A DNA stretch of 64,000 nt from a virus. Lineage: Duplodnaviria > Caudoviricetes. Position 1 is the stretch's first letter, and every line of letters starts with the position of its first letter. This document shows positions 59,903 to 64,000 of this stretch, piece after piece. The notes beneath the pieces are model-generated. The model was not told the origin of the DNA. It made no database searches and saw only the letters and a list, made by a program, of their open reading frames with translations. Where the stretch lies: the IMG/VR virus record IMGVR_UViG_3300010347_002008, positions 1 through 64,000 of that record. The stretch is one strand, 5' to 3'. A program made the translations under genes and the position numbers.

Positions 59903-61759
59903 TTAAGTTATTACAATTGAAATATTAGTTCCACTTTGAAGCCCATCTGTTCTCCATACGTTGTAATTTTCTGTATGACCATAACTATTGGTTACAGAAA
60001 CAGGACCAATATTATGAATACCAGTAAATGTTAAACCACCAACTGTAAATACTGGAGTTCCTGGAATTGATGATGGATAACAATAATAAATGTATTCAGC
60101 TGTAGGTGAAACATAGAATAATGTTTTTGTGTAAGTATTTGAGAATTCACTACTGTCTAATGTAATAATTTCATTGCTTGTTAATGAAGAGTTTGAACTA
60201 ACACCCCAATATCTCTTATTTCTACTTGTAATAGCTCCTGAAACTTGAGATATTGTTGCTGCCACTCTTTGTGCATCTAAGTTAGTTCCAACATTTCCTT
60301 TATTATCATAATAAGTTCCTGTTCCAATAGCATGACTAACGTCAACTGACCAAGTATATGTTGCCCCGACATTTCCAATTAAAATAGGAGTTGTAAATAC
60401 ATGTGTTGATGAGTTTAAAGTCCAACTACCTTCTGCTTCAATTGTTCCACCAGGAAGCTTAAATGTATAATAGTAAGCGTCACCAGTTAAATTAGGTCCT
60501 GGGGTTCCATTACCATTCTGTATTGCTCCAGGATTAAATGCAGCAACAAGTGTTGGTGTGTATGACGAGCTAGGCTCAGCATATGCGCTTAGTAATCCAG
60601 AATACGAAAGACTCTTAGGAGTAGAAACCGAAGCATAAACAGTTGGGAATAATAAATCCATAAATATTTGTTCTATAGTTTTTCCTCTTAGATCTCCAAC
60701 TGTGGTACCAGCAGGGATTCCTCCAACCGTATATGGCATTGATAATGAATCAGGAGCTGTAGGATCAAAAATTGCTGGTCCTACTTCTTGACCATTTAAT
60801 ATAATTGATCCATCAACATAAATATTTCCTGTTGTAGAAATATCTTGGGTAATTAATAATCCTTCGATCCATGCGTTTGGACCGTAAATGCAAACATCTC
60901 TAACTGCTAAAGGATCATTTATTTGTAATGGAGACCCATATCCTATAAGAATATTATCAGATGAATCCCTTAAGGCATTGTTAATTTGAATATCTCTTGC
61001 AATTAATTCATCACCATCCATATAAAGTGACGAATCCCTTACTGTTGTAGTAGCAGTAAATCTTGGAATATGATTAATAGTTCCTGGACCTACAATTCCG
61101 GTTCCACCCCCACCTCCGCCAGTTCCACTAGCTTCAACACTGTATTTATATTGAGTCCATGTTGTACCCCATGATGGATCGTATGCAATAGCAATAAATT
61201 CTTCATAAGCCGCTCCTGCCCCGCTTGCGTCGACAATATAACTTATATTGTTGCATGGATCCAATAAAACTTCAAGTTGATTAATCCCAATTAAAGATGA
61301 ATCAAAATAAATTCCTACAACTTGTGAAAGATTATCATTTGCTAAGAAAATTGGATTTGCGTTTGAAACCTTATAATATGGTTTCATTACGTCTATGACT
61401 TTATATCCTGCTGGTTCATAAGGAAATTTCCATGATGATGTATCAATTCCATATGTACAAGGATCTCTACCAACGGTCACGGGATCCACATACATTCTAT
61501 AGAAATTGTAATCAGCAGTGGTATTATTATCGTATAAATTAGTGAATTGTCTCTTTACAATTAAATTATCTACGACTGCAGTAACAAATTCTCCCCTTGT
61601 GCCTTTTATTCTACCAGTTGTCTCTAATGGAACAGTTAGAATCCCTAAACTACCATCAAAAAATACATCAATATATCTCTCAAATGATAAGAAGTTTGTG
61701 TTTAAAATCTTAGGAAGTTGAGGTACTGGTGTATGCAGATTTAATTGGGTCCAAATCAT
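59903..61759 (-). CDS. Tail fibre-like protein
   Basis: C-terminal ~280 aa paralogous to 58379-59878; GTINHIPRFTATTTVRDSS fibre-type segment. Confidence 0.7.
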   Translation of the reverse strand: MIWTQLNLHTPVPQLPKILNTNFLSFERYIDVFFDGSLGILTVPLETTGRIKGTRGEFVTAVVDNLIVKRQFTNLYDNNTTADYNFYRMYVDPVTVGRDPCTYGIDTSSWKFPYEPAGYKVIDVMKPYYKVSNANPIFLANDNLSQVVGIYFDSSLIGINQLEVLLDPCNNISYIVDASGAGAAYEEFIAIAYDPSWGTTWTQYKYSVEASGTGGGGGGTGIVGPGTINHIPRFTATTTVRDSSLYMDGDELIARDIQINNALRDSSDNILIGYGSPLQINDPLAVRDVCIYGPNAWIEGLLITQDISTTGNIYVDGSIILNGQEVGPAIFDPTAPDSLSMPYTVGGIPAGTTVGDLRGKTIEQIFMDLLFPTVYASVSTPKSLSYSGLLSAYAEPSSSYTPTLVAAFNPGAIQNGNGTPGPNLTGDAYYYTFKLPGGTIEAEGSWTLNSSTHVFTTPILIGNVGATYTWSVDVSHAIGTGTYYDNKGNVGTNLDAQRVAATISQVSGAITSRNKRYWGVSSNSSLTSNEIITLDSSEFSNTYTKTLFYVSPTAEYIYYCYPSSIPGTPVFTVGGLTFTGIHNIGPVSVTNSYGHTENYNVWRTDGLQSGTNISIVIT

Positions 61760-61779
61760 AATATTAGAGTTTTATTTAT

Positions 61780-61830
61780 ATATCCACTCTCTATCAAAAC
61801 TTCCTCCATGGGAAAAATATATAGATAAAC
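61780..61830. promoter_or_regulatory. Divergent late-type promoter pair
   Basis: GATATATAAATAA on the minus strand (about 61781-61793) and AATATATAGATAA on the plus strand (about 61816-61828). Confidence 0.5.
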
Positions 61831-61861
61831 ACTTAGTATTAACGCAAAAACTAAAATAAGT

Positions 61862-63097
61862 ATGAATAATTTTGAAGATTTCAACTGGGCGGAATTTGAA
61901 GGAAATCATCGAGGTGGAAACCGACTAATTCCAAACGAGAAAATCAAAGGTCAAGACAATCACAACATCTGTTATTCAAGAGCCCCCTACGCTCAAAAAA
62001 TGTTTGACCTCCTCTCTGACAACAATTCCCAAACAATTAAAAAAGATTTAACGAAAGGAGACTGCGTTGTAATTACCGACATCTATAACGTTAGGTTAGA
62101 TAAAATGTCAATAGAGCTATCTGGCGGTTTATCTGTGGATATTGATTTAAGTCGAGAAAAGAGATTTCTACAAATATTTGGTTATAATACAGTTGACCAA
62201 TTTGTGGAAGATATATTAAAGCCTCAATTTAAAGTTAAATTTTTAGAACAAGGTATTTATGCATATGTAATAGAATCTTCTCCAACAATTAAAATTTCAT
62301 TATGGCAAGGCCATTTGAAAAAGATAAGAGAAGAATTTATGAAAGAAATAGAATCACCTTCTAAAGCTTATGTTGCAAAAGTAATGGAAGCCAATAAAGG
62401 TGGTTATTTTGTTGAGGTACAAGGAATAGAGGCATTTATGCCTGGTTCATTAGCAGCTCCAAATAAGATCATTGATTTCCGAACATTAGTTGGAAAAGAA
62501 GTTATAGTGATGGTTGAAGATTTCTTAAAGGAAATGAATTCATTCATTGTTTCTCATAAGAAATATATCGAACATGTTCTTCCAAGAAAAATAGCTGAAT
62601 TAGATCTAAATCATAAATACACAGGAAATATAACAGGAACTTCTAAGTATGGAATATTTGTGGAATTTGGGGACATATTTACTGGATTATTACATAATTC
62701 TAAAATGAAAGAAGATACTTTAAGAGATTTTAGAAATAGAAAATATAATCCAGGAGATCAAATAAGTTTTTACATCAACGAAATAACTAAAGACAATCGA
62801 ATTATTTTAACTGAAGAAAGCCCGGAAGAAAAAAGAGAAAAATTCACTAAATTCATTTTAGAAAACAAAGAAAAAGTTATTGATGCTGAAGTAGCAGCAG
62901 TCATGAACTTTGGAGTAATTGTAAATGTTGGAGAGCTTTCTGGCTTAGTACCAAATAAAGAATTCAAACGAAGAAAAATAGCAGTTAAAAATTATGTAGT
63001 CGGCGATAAATTCAAAGTAAAAATAGCGGACTTTAAAGACGATAAGTTAGTCTTCGACTTAATTAGCGAAGATAAAAAACAAGAAGAGGGAGTTTAA
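61862..63097 (+). CDS. Multi-S1-domain RNA-binding protein (ribosomal protein bS1-like)
   Basis: GGYFVEVQGIEAFMPGS, YGIFVEFG..FTGLLH, FGVIVNVGELSGLVP: three S1 repeats plus a degenerate N-terminal one. Confidence 0.85.
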   Translation: MNNFEDFNWAEFEGNHRGGNRLIPNEKIKGQDNHNICYSRAPYAQKMFDLLSDNNSQTIKKDLTKGDCVVITDIYNVRLDKMSIELSGGLSVDIDLSREKRFLQIFGYNTVDQFVEDILKPQFKVKFLEQGIYAYVIESSPTIKISLWQGHLKKIREEFMKEIESPSKAYVAKVMEANKGGYFVEVQGIEAFMPGSLAAPNKIIDFRTLVGKEVIVMVEDFLKEMNSFIVSHKKYIEHVLPRKIAELDLNHKYTGNITGTSKYGIFVEFGDIFTGLLHNSKMKEDTLRDFRNRKYNPGDQISFYINEITKDNRIILTEESPEEKREKFTKFILENKEKVIDAEVAAVMNFGVIVNVGELSGLVPNKEFKRRKIAVKNYVVGDKFKVKIADFKDDKLVFDLISEDKKQEEGV

Positions 63098-63110
63098 CAC
63101 TCCCTTTTTT
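63087..63110 (+). terminator. Rho-independent terminator
   Basis: AGGGAGT-TTAAC-ACTCCCT followed by TTTTT. Confidence 0.8.
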
Positions 63111-63141
63111 ATTTTGAATAAATAAAATAAATCGTTGATCA

Positions 63142-64000
63142 ATGCAAGCTAACTTTGTATACGAAGCTTTACAAGATATATTAAAACCTAAATCCAAGGA
63201 AGAAGTTACCGCGGCTTATAAAAAAATCGAAACCGATAAGGCTTTAGAATTGGCGGTGGAACATAAAAATTTAGAAGGGGTTTTTGATGCTTTACGAAGA
63301 GGAGCTTCATGGAATAAAAATGATTCTTATCAGAGTTTAGAAGATAGTTTGCTTTTATTTTTGTCAAAAAATAAACAAGAAATTTTATCAGGTAATCCAT
63401 CCCATAAAACATTAGGTGTTTTATTAAAGCGGGCTTCTCAAAACGGATTTATTGATTTAATTAAATGGGCTTTAGACAAAGGGGCCCCTATAAATTTTCA
63501 AGATCAAAATGGAAGTACTCCACTTTATTATGCTGCTAAGTATGGTCATTTTGAAGCCCTTAAATTTTTGATTGAAAACGGGGCAGATTTAGAATTAGAA
63601 AATAATGAAGGGTTTACTCCCCTATTAGCATCATTAAATCCTATTCAAACCGGACCAAATTCTAATTTCATAAATCCGCAAAGTGTGTGGTATTTAATTG
63701 ATAACGGTGCTGATATAACCCATAAATTAAAAAATGGGTCCAGCATTTATGTATTTTTAAAAGGAAAATTATTGGATAGATTTTTGGATGAAACAGATTT
63801 AAAACCTAGTGATGAAGAAACGATTTATATAATTCATCGAGGTTCCATTAAAAATATAAAAAAATTATTAGATAAAGGATATTTAGATCTAAATAAACCC
63901 ATATACATTAAATATTCCAAATGGGACAACAAACCCAATAAACCATTACTGCCAATAGATCATATTAAATTTGAGGATGAAACAGGACCAGGAAAAATGA
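63142..64000 (+). CDS. Partial ankyrin-repeat protein with leader and DILKPKS motif
   Basis: Hand translation MQANFVYE|ALQDILKPKSKEEV...; ankyrin repeats GSTPLYYAAKYGHFEALKFLIENGAD and GFTPLL; open to the window end. Confidence 0.85.
   Translation, partial: MQANFVYEALQDILKPKSKEEVTAAYKKIETDKALELAVEHKNLEGVFDALRRGASWNKNDSYQSLEDSLLLFLSKNKQEILSGNPSHKTLGVLLKRASQNGFIDLIKWALDKGAPINFQDQNGSTPLYYAAKYGHFEALKFLIENGADLELENNEGFTPLLASLNPIQTGPNSNFINPQSVWYLIDNGADITHKLKNGSSIYVFLKGKLLDRFLDETDLKPSDEETIYIIHRGSIKNIKKLLDKGYLDLNKPIYIKYSKWDNKPNKPLLPIDHIKFEDETGPGKM

Noticed and set aside
58379-61759. Diversity-generating retroelement template/variable pair
   Set aside because: Paralogous C-termini differ throughout, not just at adenines, and no reverse transcriptase is present in the window.
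62205-62230. EDILKPQF in the S1 protein as another KPK motif
   Set aside because: Lacks the second Lys and the following S-x-EE; probably chance.
4830-63210. ILKPKS copies as a DNA-level repeat or mini mobile element
   Set aside because: Third-position variation among copies and strict in-frame placement indicate protein-level selection; no flanking repeats.
3217-63412. Remaining short opposite-strand or alternate-frame ORFs in the track (e.g. 4074-4310, 7020-7310, 9376-9663, 14617-14874, 15668-15982, 18526-18804, 20846-21133, 24843-25127, 48095-48367, 62770-62967, 63206-63412)
   Set aside because: Fully nested in longer genes with recognisable motifs; no independent start signals or protein-like features.
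1-64000. Stop-codon recoding (TAG=Gln, as in Lak-type megaphages)
   Set aside because: Standard code gives near-complete coding density and ORFs up to 1562 aa. The only in-frame TAG interruption seen (32357) is in a gene that also has a frameshift, and the other interruption (16066) is TAA.
1-64000. tRNA or rRNA genes
   Set aside because: No cloverleaf or T-loop (GTTCRA) context found in intergenic regions by eye; tRNAscan-SE would be decisive.

Overview
AT-rich, densely coding segment of a very large (jumbo/mega-type) tailed dsDNA phage with a T4-like replication core (UvsW helicase, UvsY-like mediator, gp61-type primase, gp32-type SSB, RuvC-like resolvase). Almost all genes are on the minus strand. 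The standard genetic code gives intact ORFs up to 1562 aa. From 1 to about 31 kb lies a large set of acidic or enzyme-like proteins sharing an N-terminal leader (M-R-A-K-x-[IV]-x-E) and/or a conserved peptide (D/E-[IV]-L-K-P-K-[STP]-x-E-E-[IV]) that usually follows an x-x-E site. These look like head-packaged, protease-matured cargo and include nucleotidyltransferase, RNA-ligase-like, 2H-phosphoesterase, HAD, HExxH and ankyrin domains. Mixed in are an amidase endolysin, candidate spanins and four homing-type endonuclease genes, two of them broken. From 31 to 61.8 kb lies a tail/baseplate/fibre module (tube-like protein, BACON, LamG, LRR, Asp-box propeller, collagen). Its proteins are strongly enriched in a D-x-S (also D-x-C) motif that is at background level in the replication protein I counted, a possible virion modification sequon. 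The window ends with an S1-domain protein and a partial ankyrin gene on the plus strand. Several independent signals point to a Bacteroidota host. No tRNA, rRNA, CRISPR array, intron or intein was recognised. All family assignments are by-eye motif recognition; no database search was run.
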